A program made the position numbers and the translations under genes. Shown piece by piece: positions 1-19,087 of a stretch of 64,000 nucleotides of DNA (its first letter is position 1; each line of letters begins with the position of its first letter). The notes beneath the pieces are model-generated. The model had not been told where the DNA came from, searched no databases, and worked only from the letters and a program-made list of their open reading frames with translations. This stretch comes from the human T2T-CHM13v2.0 reference genome, Homo sapiens: the NCBI RefSeq assembly GCF_009914755.1, contig NC_060935.1; one strand, written 5' to 3'.

Positions 1-29
1 TCAGTGATAAGGATACCTTAGCTAACTAA

Positions 30-398
<369 letters not shown>

Positions 399-1063
399 GA
401 AAACTTATCTTTGAATGACACAAAAGCCATCAGAATATGGAAAGATACAATATTTAATTAGGGGCATACGTAATTGCAGCTAATGAAGTACCTCCGAATT
501 CCAGCTTACCTGTTTATTTACTGGGTAAGCCTCAAATTCTTCTTCCATAAAATGGAGATAATATATTCTATCTCAAAGGCTTATTGTCAAGACTATATGA
601 GACAAACTACTTAGCACAATGCCTAGCACTTAGTGGGTATTCAGTAAAATTTTAGGCAAAGATTTCACCATCTTCACCATTAAAATTTACTTAATAGAAA
701 AATGCACAATTTTATTCCATCATTTAGAAATTGAAAAATCTTCAAAATGTTTTCAGATGCTAATAAACAACAAAACTCAAATATCTTCAGTTACCCCCAC
801 TTAGCATTTTCTGAGTAAAAATAATTTGAGTTTAAACAGAACAGTTATTTCCATAAAAACACTGGAAGGGACAGAGAATTAAAACCATCAATACAATTCC
901 TAGGGGGAAGAACTTAAACATCCTCCGCTTCTCAAGTACCTTAAATGGCAAAGATTTTCATTTTGGTTGCAAAAGCAAGAGGAAAGAAATCATTTGACTG
1001 TTTTACATACAAGAGTAATAATAAAAGTAGTACAGCTGGCAGGGTATATGTGCCATAAATTAC

Positions 1064-1224
1064 CTGTCTTCCTCTTTCTTGGTGGGTCTAGAACTGCTAA
1101 GGGCACTCTGAGTTGCATAGGTACCCATTTCAGTAACCAATTTCTGAACTGGCCCTACAGTTATTTCTTCTTCAGGTTTTAATTCACCAGCTTCTTTCTT
1201 TATTTCTGACTCTACAATTGGGAT
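1064..1224 (-). CDS. COPB1: Coatomer subunit beta, exon 13 ([20 protein letters not shown]...)
   Basis: AG/GT-bounded 161-nt exon; frame continuous with upstream exons (cumulative CDS 1616 nt); gene continues past the window start. Confidence 0.95.
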
Positions 1225-2197
1225 CTAAAAGTCAATTGGAAACATCATTTTAGTAATAGTATCAACAGCAAGCAAAATTATCTTTAAATATTTGATTGTT
1301 TCTCTAAAAAAGGCATTACCCTAATGGGATTTTTGGAACTGGGAACTCTGCTTTCAATTTATTTCCTTCCCAGGATAATGTAGTAGGTAGAATAGGGGCT
1401 TCAGAGATGGATATTCCAGGGTTTGAATTCTCACTCTGCCACTTACTACTTTGGACCTCAGTTTCTTAATCTGCTAAGTGGAAATCTTAATTCTTTCTAC
1501 ACATTTTACCTAATAGAAAAATGCATTGGACAGTGTCTAACACAAAGCAGATGGTCATTAAGTCGTATTCCTCTTCTTCATTCCTTTCCTTGAAATTTTA
1601 ACCAAAACAGTACTCATCCTTCTAAAATGAAATAAATCCGACTTATTTGTACATAATAACCTCATCAACTAACTTTTAAATTAACTGAATGGCTATTATG
1701 TATTTATTACTCAATACCAGTCCATTACCTAATATAAGAGCACTAAGAGTATTTAATCATTACCTATTTTAATTTATTTTATAGGTGAAAAACACTGATG
1801 TCAAGTTAGGTTGAGGAACTTATATTCAAGGTCCTCCAGCTAACTGTCGACACAACAATGACTAGAACTAATTGTCAGGTCTCCTGATAATTAGTCCACT
1901 GTTCTTTCTATTCTACCATAAGGTTGTTAGGATGAAGAATACTGTCAGTTTTACTGCATAAATATTCTGAAGTCAGACTTACTCTAAGGCATTCTTCCTT
2001 CAGAATACAGGCTAAAGCAGAATTTTACAAGCTACTGCTTCTTTTTTTTTTTTTTTTTTTTAATAAACACAGAACATTTTGTTCAAACAAAATCTAACTC
2101 AGAAGTGTAAATAATGTAAGCAAATCACTATAAAAAGTCAGATTTTCCTAAAGGAAAAATTACCATATAAACTAACATTTACTAAAGTAAAACATAC

Positions 2198-2294
2198 CTC
2201 TCCAAGGGACCTGCGGATCTCAGTCATCACACTCTGAATGTCTTCCTTGGTACTACAGTATTCTCCCAGGATCCATAATGCTCCTCGGTAAATC
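2198..2294 (-). CDS. COPB1: COPB1 exon 12 ([13 protein letters not shown]...RRSLGE)
   Basis: 97-nt exon, AG/GT, phase-consistent, beta-COP peptide. Confidence 0.96.
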
Positions 2295-2385
2295 CTAGCA
2301 CAATACAAGATCTGAAACATGAACTTGGCAGACAAATCTTGAAGCAGAGATCTTTCTTTGTTAATTTAAGCTCAAATAAAAACAA

Positions 2386-3310
<925 letters not shown>

Positions 3311-3910
3311 CAACAAGATTCTGCAGTTCTAAAGTATTTTAGATAAATATTTCAGAAAGAATCTAACAAAACCTAGGTTTCAGTTCTCTCCAGAAATCAC
3401 AAAGATTAAAAGTAAAATAACTGTTCTTATTATTAGGAACATTCTAAAACTGGTAAACCTAGCAGTAAAAATAAAATACCAAAATGTTTCCCAGTAAAGT
3501 GTCCATTTAGGACACAGTGAAGGCAAATTTGGCTTAATCTCTTACTACTCTAAGAAATGTATTATTTTATGGCCAGACACTGTGGCTCACACCTGTAATC
3601 TCAGCATCTGGGGAGGATGAGGTGGGAGGATTGCTTTAGTCCAGGAGTTCGAGACCAGCCTGGGCAACAAAGCAAGGCCCTCATCTCTCTTAAAAAAATA
3701 AATAAATAAAGTAAAAACAAAACAAAAACAAAAACAAAAAATCAGGAATGTATTATTTTAATGTAAAAAGTAATTCACTTTTTATTTTCAGTCACTGAAG
3801 AGGCAAGGTGTTGAACTGAACAATGGATACAGAAGAAGTACAAGGGATCAGTAAAAAAATAATAGTAAAGAAAGCAACCATTCATTCATTCATTTAGATT
3901 AAAAAAATAA

Positions 3911-4039
<129 letters not shown>

Positions 4040-4169
4040 TAGTTTAAAATGTTAAACTGAATAAAGTCCTTAGTCATCTTTCCCCTAAGATTTTAATTAA
4101 ATTTATTCAGAAAAACTTAATTATAGAAACCAAAGCTCTAAGAGATTATGGCTGTCAAAAACAAATTCT

Positions 4170-4259
4170 TAATGTCATAGCTCTTTTAAAATTTGTTTAG
4201 CAGGCTTTCTGGTTTTTGCCGGAAAGCCCTCTCACAAAAAAAAAAAAAAAAAAAAAAAA
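4170..4259 (+). pseudogene. U7 snRNA retropseudogene with poly(A) tail, antisense in COPB1 intron 11
   Basis: ...AGCTCTTTTAAAATTTGTTTAGCAGGCTTTCTGGTTTTTGCCGGAAAGCCCT matches U7 (HDE-pairing region, Sm site, 3' stem-loop); poly(A) tail; degenerate TSD CAAAT(T/C)CTTAAT. Confidence 0.9.
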
Positions 4260-4845
4260 GCAAATCCTTAATATGATTTTCTTCTCACAAAGGAAGCAAA
4301 TCCTGCTCTGCTCACTTCCATAAATATTAATATATTTTCATATCATAAAAACAATTTTGTACTTGTCCCTTCCTTCCTGAGACATATTTCAAGTCTGTTA
4401 GAGACTATCCATCAGATGCTTTAAATGAAGCAAAATTTAGATGCAACAGTCCTTTCTCATTAGCAAAGGCTCTCTGAAGGGAAAGACAGATTTAGGTTGC
4501 ATTTTCAATCTTTCTCTTCATTAAATGTGAAAGGAAGATATAAATAATAGTAATAGCCAAAAAGTGATGCCATTTAAAAATATGCTCTTTAGTTACTTTA
4601 AGATTCACAATGTTTTAGAGAAAATCAGAATAGAGACCCTGAGCTAAATCACTCCTAAAAAAATTATTTTGGGCCATTTATTATAGACTAAATGAGAGTG
4701 GAGTTAGCGAGATGCTTGTTGTACAAACTTGTCTTATTTTGGCTTGATTGTCCTCTCCATTCTATTTTCTATCAACTGACCCTTTAAAGATAAAAACTGA
4801 TAAAATGCTTACTTGACCTTACATTTAAATGTATTTTAAACCTAC

Positions 4846-4991
4846 TTGACAGATTTAATAGCATGAAAGACTTCAAGCATCTTCTCAACAATAAGCATTC
4901 TCAGGTTATCAAAGCGCTGAATGGCTTCACGAACAAACTCCAAGACATCAGCAGCTGCTGCTTCGTTGTTGTCACTGAGAAATTCCATTAA
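4846..4991 (-). CDS. COPB1: COPB1 exon 11 ([27 protein letters not shown]...)
   Basis: 146-nt exon, AG/GT, phase-consistent. Confidence 0.96.
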
Positions 4992-6035
4992 CTAAAAGAA
5001 AAAAAAAAAAAAGAAAATGGAACTAACAATTTTCGAAAAGAAAATTATCTAGGACAAGAAATAAATTAAAAGAATGTAATTCTTTTTTTGTTTTCTAAGA
5101 GACAGGGTCTTGCTTTGCTGCCCAGGCTAGAGAATAGTGGCACAATCATAGCTCACTGCAGCCTTGAACTCTTGGGCTCAAGTGATCCTCTGGCAGCCTC
5201 AGCCTCCCCAGGAGCTAGGACTTCAGGCATGACACTATGCCTAGCTAATATTAATTTTTTTGTAGAGACAGGGTCTCCCTATATTGCCCTGGCTGGTCTT
5301 GAATCCCTGGCCTCAAGTAATCCTCTTGCCTAGCCCTCCCAAAGTGCTCGAATTACAGACATGAAGTGCCATGCCTGACCCTTGTAATTCTTAATAATTT
5401 TCAAATACACAACAAAATGTAAATTGAGAGACAAGTACTATTATGTAAACAAAGTCACAATGGCTTTTCCATTTTATGTGCAGCAAAATTTATTTTAAAA
5501 TTCACTATAAAAGATAAGCTAGAGATCCAAAACTCCAAATAAATAAATGAATTCGATCCTCCTAAATTGTAACTAAAATCATTTTAGAGAGAACTCAAGA
5601 GCTCAAAGGCAAAAATCAAATTATAATAACATACCTCACTTATCTGACAGTGACAGCAAAATATTCTACATATGTGAATTTTTCCTATAACTGATTCCTT
5701 TAAGAGCTAAAGCTATTTAAAATAAATACCTATTTGCCTTACTGAATAATATATATACACAGCATAATTTTACTTTAGGTAACTGTATCATCAATTAAAA
5801 TAATATGCAAAGCTTTTTTTTGGTCACTGTTTTTGTTTTTTTGATGAATATATAAGTGAAAGAAGTCAGTCCTCACCCTTCTGAGTTTAAAGGTAGAGGT
5901 AGATATAAAGATCACTTCTCACCATGAGATTTAATGGTTCTAGGCAGCTGAGATTTCTGGAGTTTGTCAAATAACTATATTTTTTAAAAAATTCTTTTAG
6001 ATAATTTCAAAATTAAAGTCATCAGAATTACATAC

Positions 6036-6182
6036 CACAGGAATAACATTTGCAGCCATATCTGGAAATCGGACAGAACAGGAATGCAATGTTCGCACTA
6101 GGAGTTGTCTGTATTTGTCAGTATCTTCATGCTCAGACACATTATTTGTTTTTATCACTTCCTTCTTCAGGACAATAACCAG
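6036..6182 (-). CDS. COPB1: COPB1 exon 10 ([12 protein letters not shown]...ANVIPV)
   Basis: 147-nt exon, AG/GT; 84-nt intron to exon 9. Confidence 0.96.
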
Positions 6183-6266
6183 CTTATAGAATGAAGTAAA
6201 AATAAGTGAGAGTTACATCATATTTGGGCCTGATAGCTACAAAGTGCTGTCAGAGTTTCCTTTTAC

Positions 6267-6374
6267 CTCTTCAACATTTCTAGAAGAGACAAGATCCAGT
6301 GCTAACTGCAGAGTTTTCTTTCGTACTTCTAAGTCTGGTGTGCTCAATACTCTTAGGATATCCATAACCAGATC
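6267..6374 (-). CDS. COPB1: COPB1 exon 9 ([22 protein letters not shown]...)
   Basis: 108-nt exon, AG/GT. Confidence 0.96.
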
Positions 6375-6978
6375 CTAAAAAAGAAGAAAAAATCAAGAAT
6401 TAACACCAATCTTTCTGGTCACAGGAAAAAAATCTTCACTGCAGAATGGTGGGGTTTATCTATCATCACTTTAATTCTTTAATCAATAACAAAACCACTA
6501 GTGGTGGAAGAACTAGATAGTTTGGGTCTCCTGATACACTGCAATATGAAATAATAGCACATGACACATTCAAACTGATAATGTTTACTTTGACTCTGTC
6601 AAGCTAAAGCTAAAGCTCCAACTTACAGTTTATAGAAAGTAACAGAAGTCAAAGAACAAGCTAAACAACGTAAGAAAGTAGCCATACACATCCAGAAAGA
6701 GGGGCATTTTATAGTATTACTGGTCTGGTCTCTTCAACAAATCAGTGTCATAAAAAAAAGATACTGTCCAAAATTAAGAGACTGAAAGGGCATAACCACC
6801 AAATACGATACATGGTCACAAAATGGGCAAACTAAACAAAAAGGGCTTTTGGGATAACTGGGAAAATCTACATATAGACTTGGTATTAGATAACATTCAT
6901 AAATTATTAACAATTTCGTTAAATGTGATATTATTTGACTCCATAGGAAAATGTAACATTTAAAAGATGCACACTTAA

Positions 6979-8112
<1,134 letters not shown>

Positions 8113-8308
8113 ATTTTAGAAATATTTTTTGTGGTAAAGATAATACCCCAAAAGGCTATGATGACTCAATAGTTAACACTTTAGCTGATCAAAATATAAA
8201 CTGCTCAGTTTCCAAGCATTTAGGTTAACCAAGATGGGCAAAGCTTGAGAATGACCTAAATTTGAAAAACATTTTATTTAGGATCTCTCTTTTTCAGATA
8301 ACACTTAC

Positions 8309-8428
8309 CTGTAGTACTCGTTCATGAGCAGGATGCTCTTTTAATTCTATCAAGCGATCCAAAACTATGAGTTTTACATTGTTGTCGCTCTCCTTAATAA
8401 TTAAATCAATGTAACACTGAGCAGCAGC
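8309..8428 (-). CDS. COPB1: COPB1 exon 8 ([26 protein letters not shown]...)
   Basis: 120-nt exon, AG/GT. Confidence 0.96.
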
Positions 8429-8504
8429 CTATATAAAAAAAGAAATACATTTTAAGAAGTTATTCATCTATCATAAAATTTGAAAATAAGCATGCGCGCG
8501 CACA

Positions 8505-8506
<2 letters not shown>

Positions 8507-8537
<31 letters not shown>
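8507..8537. repeat. (CA)n microsatellite
   Basis: Read directly. Confidence 0.9.
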
Positions 8538-8538
<1 letters not shown>

Positions 8539-8939
8539 CCATGAAGCCAAAATACACTCATTAATTAATCCCTGTACTAGAGTTTATATATTATACATTT
8601 TGTTCTGAGGAATGGGTTCCTCTAGTCCCTTGTTATTTTTCAAACTTACAGAAGATTAGAGGCATTACAAATTAAAAGGATGAAAAAAAGCTGCTATAGG
8701 TAGACATACTTACTAACAGCCAAAATTTAAGGGTTAAAACTAAGGAACAAGCCAGAAAAATGCAGGAAAAGAATCCCAAGAAGTACATCGATTAAGCATA
8801 TTTCAGTTTAGAGGCAAAGTCTAACTCATCTGCATTGCAGTACACAAACAACAAGAATATAAAGATCACCCAGAGTTGTTAAAATATTTTAGTATTTATA
8901 ATAACTATTAATAAGACAAAAAATGTGTAAAGTATTTTA

Positions 8940-10090
8940 GAATGATAGAATAAAATGTCCATACTGATACAAAGAAAGAAGGAAGGAAAAGAAGGGAGGG
9001 AGGGAAGAGAAAGAACAGCCCTTCCTTGCATAAGAATTCCAATAAATAAATACTGAATGAGAGAAATAGAAAACCACCATTAGAATACCAAAGCAATAAT
9101 TGTAAGAAAATCCACTGATGGATGCTAAAATAAGTAGGTGTGAATTTGAGGAACAACATATTTGCATAGTTTCAAAGTATCTCCCCCTACAACATGTACT
9201 GATTACACTAGAAGAAATCATAAAACTGGAAGATCTGGCAGACAGCACCTTCACTGATCAAGGTTAACATCATCAGTAATAAGACATACAGACATCATGT
9301 ACTCCTTGGTAAGATACACTAAGAAGGACACATCACTTCTGTGGTATTCTTTCCAAAAATGTACAACCTCAATCTGAGAAAACATCAGACAAACCCAAGT
9401 TACGGGATATTTTACAAACAAACCAGCCAGTATTCTTCAAATGCGTCAAGGTCATGAAAAATAATAAGTGACTAAGAACTAGCACAGATTGGAGGAGACT
9501 ACGATATGACCACTGCATACAATATGGGATCCTAGGTTAGATCCTGAACAAAAAAAGGACATCAGTGGGAAAACTGATGAAATATGAATAAAGCCTGTAG
9601 TTTGGTTAATAATATTGTTCTGATGTTAATTTTGTAGTTTTGACAATTATATGATTATAGAAAATGTGAACATATGAGAAAGGCTGGGTGAAGAATATAT
9701 AAGAATGTTGTCCTCATCGGGCATGGTGGCTCATGCCTATAATCCCAGCACTTTGGGAGGTCGAGGCGGGTGGATCACAAGGTCAGGAGATCGAGACCAT
9801 TCTGGCCAACATGGTGAAACCCTGTCTCTACCGAAAATACAAAAATTAGCTGGGTGTGGTGGCATGCGCCTGTAGTCCCAGCTACTCAGGAGGCTGAGGC
9901 AGGAGAATCACTTGAATCTGGGAGGCGGAGGTTGCAGTGAGCCAAGATCCCACCAGTATCTTCCAACCTGAGCGACGGAGTGAGACTCCGTCTCAAAAAA
10001 CAAAAACAAAACAAAAAAACAACAACAGAAAAGAACTTTGTACTATGCAATTTTTCTGTAAGTTTAAAATTATTTCAAAATCAAAAATTA
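8940..10090 (+). mobile_element. Old L1 (L1MC-like) 3' UTR fragment with inserted Alu (about 9716-10030)
   Basis: GAAAACATCAGACAAACCCAAG-type L1MC 3' UTR sequence. Confidence 0.6.
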
Positions 10091-10364
10091 AAAAAAGTTC
10101 AAGTTTTGGGTAAAGCAGTAAATTCTCCAATTTAAACAATTTGGCTTTTAGAACAGCTCATTCTCTGAATAGATTAGGGGCTGATGATATAGTCTTGATA
10201 GAATAAATTAGAGAAAGGGAGAAAGGTAAATACTCTATTATTGAAAACACTCACTAAAACTTAAAATCTACATGTAACATTTTTCTTTTAATTTTTATTT
10301 TCTTAGAGACAGGGTCTCACTGTTTCACCTAGGCTGGAGTAATGATAGCTAACTGCAGTCTTGA

Positions 10365-10607
<243 letters not shown>

Positions 10608-10745
10608 TAAAAAAAAAAGGTTCTGTACAGATAGAGTCTCTCTTTGTTGCCCAGGCTGGTCTCAAACTCCTGGTTTTAAGCAATCCTCCCAGCTTGGCCT
10701 CCCAAAATGCTGGGATTTTAGGTGTTAGCCTCTGTGCCCAGCCAC

Positions 10746-11424
10746 GCACGTAACTTTTGACTCCCCAAAAACTTAACTACTAATAACCTACTGTTGGCCA
10801 GAAGCCTTACCAATGACACAGTTGATTAAAACATGTTTTGTGGCCAGGCGCGGTGGCTTACGCCTGTAATCCCAGCATTTTGGGAAGCCGAGGTTAGCGG
10901 ATCACTTGAGGTCAGGAGTTCAAGACCAGCCTGGCCAACATGGTGAAACTCCATCTCTACTAAAAACACAAAAAATTAGCTGGGCATAGCGGTGGGCACC
11001 TGTAATCCCAGCTACTCGGGAAGCTGAGGCAGGAGAATTGCTTAAACCCAGGAGGTGGAGGATGCAGTGAGCCAAGATTGCCTCACTCCAGCCTGGGTGA
11101 CAAAGCAATACCTTGTCTCAAAACAAAACAAAACAACCCATATTTTGTATGTTAAATGTATTATATAATGTATTCTTATCAAGTAAGCTAGAAAAAAGAA
11201 AATGTTAAGAAAAGCATAAGGAAAATATTTACTACTCATTAAGAGGAAGTAGATCATCATAAAGGTCTTCATCCCCAACCTCTTTACACTGAGTAGGCTG
11301 AGGAGGAGGAGGAGGAAGAGGAAGAGGGATTAGTCTTGCTGTCTCAGGAGTAGCAGAGGTAGAAAAAAAGTCCATGTATAAGTGGACCTGCGCAGTTCGA
11401 ACCTGTGTTGTCAGAGGTTAACTG
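10746..11424. mobile_element. Tigger2-family DNA transposon remnant with inserted Alu (10842-11137)
   Basis: Right TIR ...GCGCAGTTCGAACCTGTGTTGTCAGAGGTTAACTG followed by TA. Confidence 0.7.
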
Positions 11425-11643
11425 TACTGTCATTCTCTGTCTGTATCTATATATGTGTGTATGAAAGCAGGAAGGAAGAAAAGAAGGAAGGCTGAACAAT
11501 GTAAGGCATCAAATAATTTTATAAGTTTGTAGTTATTCTCTCTGTGCCATGTAACCACATAGTGAATTGAAATGTCACTAAATCATGAGTGCTAAGACAG
11601 AAAATCTATCATCTAATCTGGCCCCAAAAGAAATACACAGTAC

Positions 11644-11781
11644 CTTGATTGCAGTTGGTGCACTAGAGAGTGTCACTAATGTCCCAGCAGCTTCATATTT
11701 TACAGCAGGGCTGGATGACTGTAATAAGTTATAGATGCAGCGAATAAAACGAGCTCTTTCTGATGGATTAGCATGACAGAC
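11644..11781 (-). CDS. COPB1: COPB1 exon 7 ([20 protein letters not shown]...APTAIK)
   Basis: 138-nt exon, AG/GT. Confidence 0.96.
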
Positions 11782-12690
11782 CTGGAGAAGAAAACATTAA
11801 CATTTCAACCGATTTCAGGAACGCTTGTTTTCAAATGGAGTTTTTTCATGAATGTCAGCTTATGGGATGCTAGTTTTCTCAATATGAAAGCTAAGAACAG
11901 TCTTATGAGGACATGAAAATATCAGACAAAATGGGATGAGACACTATGACACAACATCAGTAATTTCAGAAAGAAGCAAGTTAGAGGCCAACAAAAACAT
12001 AGATAAGAAATGGCTTTACTAGATAGGATGGTGTGAACAAAATAATTTTTACAGCTGTGCACTTATTTATTCATCCCATCATAATTTATATTTTTACTGT
12101 TTCGTAAAAGGTTTTCTGATGACTTAAAATGTGTATGCTATACACAAGTGAAAGAGAAAAAGAAAATGTAAAGTAACAAAAGTAAGGACACATTAACCCA
12201 GTACACTAATATGGGTACTGTCACAGGATATCAAATTTGGTCCTAAATGTTTATTCTGGATGCCAAAGGGAAACATGACGGATGATATAAATCTCAATAG
12301 CTAATAAAAGGAAAATACCAGTTTTTCAAGCAAGAAAGATAACACATTTTTCCCAAGTACTACTACTTATTATTTGAGACTATATTCAACATTGGAGAGA
12401 AAACTAAAAATTTCTATCCCATTCTAAATGTATCCTGATACCTTTACTTGTATAGTAAATATCCCTTATTTTTTCTCTTTTGAAGTCAGTATTTGTAGTA
12501 GATTTTCCTAAAATATATATAGTCAAAACTCTATTACATGGACATGACTTAAAAGTTATTTCCTTTTACTATAACATGGACCCTACTTAAGTCATTAGAT
12601 AGCAGGGAACCGCTAATTTTGAGAACCTCAGTGGTATCCTAAACTATACACATGAATTAAAAAGAACTATAGGCTGGACATGGTGGCTCA

Positions 12691-13014
<324 letters not shown>

Positions 13015-13768
13015 TTAAATTCCCATTCCAAACTACTGGTACCTTGTGTTAAGAGGAGCCCCTTTCTTACAGAAGCAAGACAGCTATAATCAGTTAGTAA
13101 TGTCTACCGGTGTTTTGACCATACTATCATATTTAATAAAGCCATCTGGACCTATGTTTTGTTGGCCTCTAATGGTATCAATAGCAAAGTTGGATCTTCT
13201 TGTACCTTTTATCAGAACATTAAGATGTAACCAACTCTTTCAAAGGATATATCATAGTAAAGTGTTGCCAATATAGTATTTGATTTAAAAATCCAAAATT
13301 CTTAGCTGGTTTTAGATTTCCTGTCAATGGCCTACAATGTCATATTAATGCATTTAAAGTTTTTCTATTCTCTTTTACAAACAGGGAACATAAAAAGTAT
13401 TTAAGGCTTTTTTGTTTGATTTTAGTCTGATGTATGCTCAAGAAAATCTTGAATTTTATTTTAAAGCCTAATTATAATCTATTCAGTGACTGGGAAGTTC
13501 ACAATGATTTATGTGCAGCTACACTGGCTCAAGCCATGAATTTTTATCAAAATCTTTATGGAGGTTTAGAAAGGATATAAGCAAGTATTCTACTTGGAAA
13601 ATACAATAAACCAAAAGTAAAAGAAACAAAGGCTTTAATAGGCTATGCTATAAAATATTTATACTATTAAAATATATTATCCTAGCAATAATTATCCCAG
13701 AAAGAAAGTATTTAACCCTGTCTTAAACTGCTGAGTTTATTTTACTCATCATAGATTATCATTCTTAC

Positions 13769-13861
13769 CTTATAAATCAGTTCAACAATAACCAGCTGCA
13801 GAATGTCTCCAAATGTTTGAACTTGATCAATGCAAGTACTTAAGTAATCCAAAGCTCGATC
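13769..13861 (-). CDS. COPB1: COPB1 exon 6 ([31 protein letters not shown])
   Basis: 93-nt exon, AG/GT. Confidence 0.96.
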
Positions 13862-14439
13862 CTAAAAAAAATAAGAATATATTTATCATTCTCCACCTCA
13901 TTCAATAGAAGGACTTAATGCATCTTAAAAAATACACACATTACAACTCAATATAAAACAAATGAGGAGATCAGGGCAAAGAGAAATTAACTGGGAAAAA
14001 AATCAAGAATAAAATTAACATATAAAATATAAGACATAAAGTTAAATATATTTTCTGGAAATGAGCCACAAACCTGGGGTCTGATTTTCTAGCAGCTAAA
14101 CCAAAGAGGGAAAACACTATGTGTTATGGGATTCAGGGTATCCATACAATCAAAACCAGCTGCTTAGGTGTATAGTTATTCCTATTACTGAGACCTAAAA
14201 GAAAAATCTCCTATGTGTCCTCATATATTGGACACTGTAATATACAGAACTACAATGCTGAAAACATCTCTCCAGTAAAAGTATCAATAAATTTTATTGG
14301 ACTATTTCTGATTACGCCCCTCAATGTAGGTTAACAGCATAATGCCAAAAGCATTGGTCAGTAAAACCAATTACACAAGAGGACAAAACACTGCTCATAT
14401 ACGCAGCTTTCTCATAATCTTGTTTAGGAAGACAAAATG

Positions 14440-15180
14440 ACAATATTGAATACCACTTCACGTGCCCATTAACATTGCTACTATCAAAAAAACAATAGCA
14501 ACAAGTGTTGGCATGGATGTGGAGAAAATGGAACCCTTGTGCACTACTAGTGAGAATGTAAAATGGTAGAGCTGCTGTGCAAAACAGTATGGCACTTCCT
14601 AAAATAATTAAAAACAGAATTGCTGTATATTCAGTAAATCCACTTCTGGGTGTATACCCAAAATAACAGAAAGCAAAGTCTCAAACAGATACGTGTACAT
14701 CTACGTTCACAATAGCATTATTCCTAATAGCTAAAAGATTGAAGCAACCCAAGTGTCCACCAATGGATGAACAGGTAAACACAATGTAGCATATATTTAC
14801 AATGGGGTATTATTTAGCCTTAAAAAGGAAAGAAATTCCAACACATGCCGCAACATAAATGAACCTTGAAGACATTAGGCTAAGTAAAATAAGCCAGTCA
14901 CAAAAGGACAAATACTGTATGATTCCACTTATCCGGAATACTTAGTCAAAATCACAGAGACAGCAAGTAGAATGGTGGCTGCCAGGGACTGGGAGGAAGT
15001 GGTAATAAGGAGCTATTTTTTAATGGGTACAGAGTTTCAGTTTTGCAAGACAAAAAAAGTTATGAGGATGGAAGATAGTGATGGTTCTACATTATAAATG
15101 TATTTAAAATCATTGAACACTTAAAAATGGTTAAGAGGGTAAATTTTTTTGTTATGTGTATGTTACCACAATTTTAAATA
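14440..15180 (+). mobile_element. L1 (L1MB-like) 3' fragment
   Basis: Typical ORF2-end/3' UTR sequence (GAAGCAACCCAAGTGTCC, CACAAAAGGACAAATACTGTATGATTCCACTT). Confidence 0.8.
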
Positions 15181-15841
15181 ACTGGGGGACAATCCATTAA
15201 AGGAAGATCTGGGGGAAAAAAGTCACAGTGTCTAGATTTCAGAGGACTGGAAGGCCTCCATATTTTTCAGACTTCATGCATATTATTTCCCATATTTTGG
15301 TGATAAATACTGGCTAGAAAATTTCAAGATTAGATGGCATCAAGGTGTACAGAGTAATTGCTAACCAAAAGTAGATCCATGTACTTTAACCACCAGCAGA
15401 GCAGGATGTGGAGTTGGCACCCGTGTATGAAAGTTGAAGAACCTAAAAGGATACACCTCTACACTGAAGGCCACCCTATTTCCACAGGCATGGCTAAGGA
15501 TGTATCTATGCAAAGCTACTATTTTTCTCTACTAAACAATTTTAGATCTATACCATCATAGGAAAGAACAGTCATAATAATTTTAATTTTTAAAAACTGT
15601 AGGGTGGCTGCTCTAAAATGCCTCTTCAATGTTTAATTGAAAAAAGAATGTATACATATGCAATATTTTAGAGAAGGGTTAAGAAAAAAATGTATTTTTC
15701 TACAAGCTTAAAAATTTCAAAATACACAAACCACATGAACTATAAACAAAATTACTGACTAAAAACATGATTAAGTCTATGTAATACTTTTAATTGTCAC
15801 TTAAATACAGTAATAAGAGTATTTTTTAAAAAGTACCTCAC

Positions 15842-15956
15842 CTGATCTGCATGAATTAGCATCATAAATGCATTCCTTTTGCAACTTGCATCCTTCTCAT
15901 TCACCAGAAAATCATGTATCAGTTCAGGAGCATCAGGTATAAGATGTTCAAAATTT
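15842..15956 (-). CDS. COPB1: COPB1 exon 5 ([38 protein letters not shown])
   Basis: 115-nt exon, AG/GT. Confidence 0.96.
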
Positions 15957-15962
15957 CTTTAA

Positions 15963-18482
<2,520 letters not shown>

Positions 18483-18917
18483 TTATAACTGTAGCCCTTC
18501 TCATTTAAAAAGTTCCTTCCTCAAAGCTTCTGACAGTAAAAAGACCGACATTCCACAAAACGAATTCTAAAACAAGGACCAAAGTTAAAAGCCTATAGAG
18601 GCTAAGCAAGTGAACATATAAAGTGGCTTGGAGTAATACGGTTGAGAATGACAAGCACTGTCATAAACTGTAAAGTATATAACTTATTTAAAGGGGGTTA
18701 CTGTTATACAAGTTCAGCAGAATGTTGTCTTGTGGAAGCTAGGAACAGCGCTGCCAGATCTTTTGACTTTTCAATGTTCATAATAAAAAATACAGTGCTG
18801 GCCATACAAAATATATCTTCAAGCTATATTCAGTCTGCAAGCAACCACTTTGGAACCACTAGTCTAAAAGACTAAACAGTACTCACAGAATGAAGCCAAA
18901 GCAGTATCTTTATTTAC

Positions 18918-19087
18918 CTATAGATGGTATAGATGGCCAAAACAGCATTTCTTCTAACATAGCTGTGTCGATGCTCCAAACATGCACGAATAGCTGGCAT
19001 TAAAGGTTCTAGCAATTCTGCTTCTTTCAATTTGCAAAGAAAACGAAGAGTAGATCCTCGAATAAATTCATTAGGATGTTGAAGATC
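18918..19087 (-). CDS. COPB1: COPB1 exon 4 ([22 protein letters not shown]...)
   Basis: 170-nt exon, AG/GT; adaptin N-terminal motif HPNEFIRG. Confidence 0.97.
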
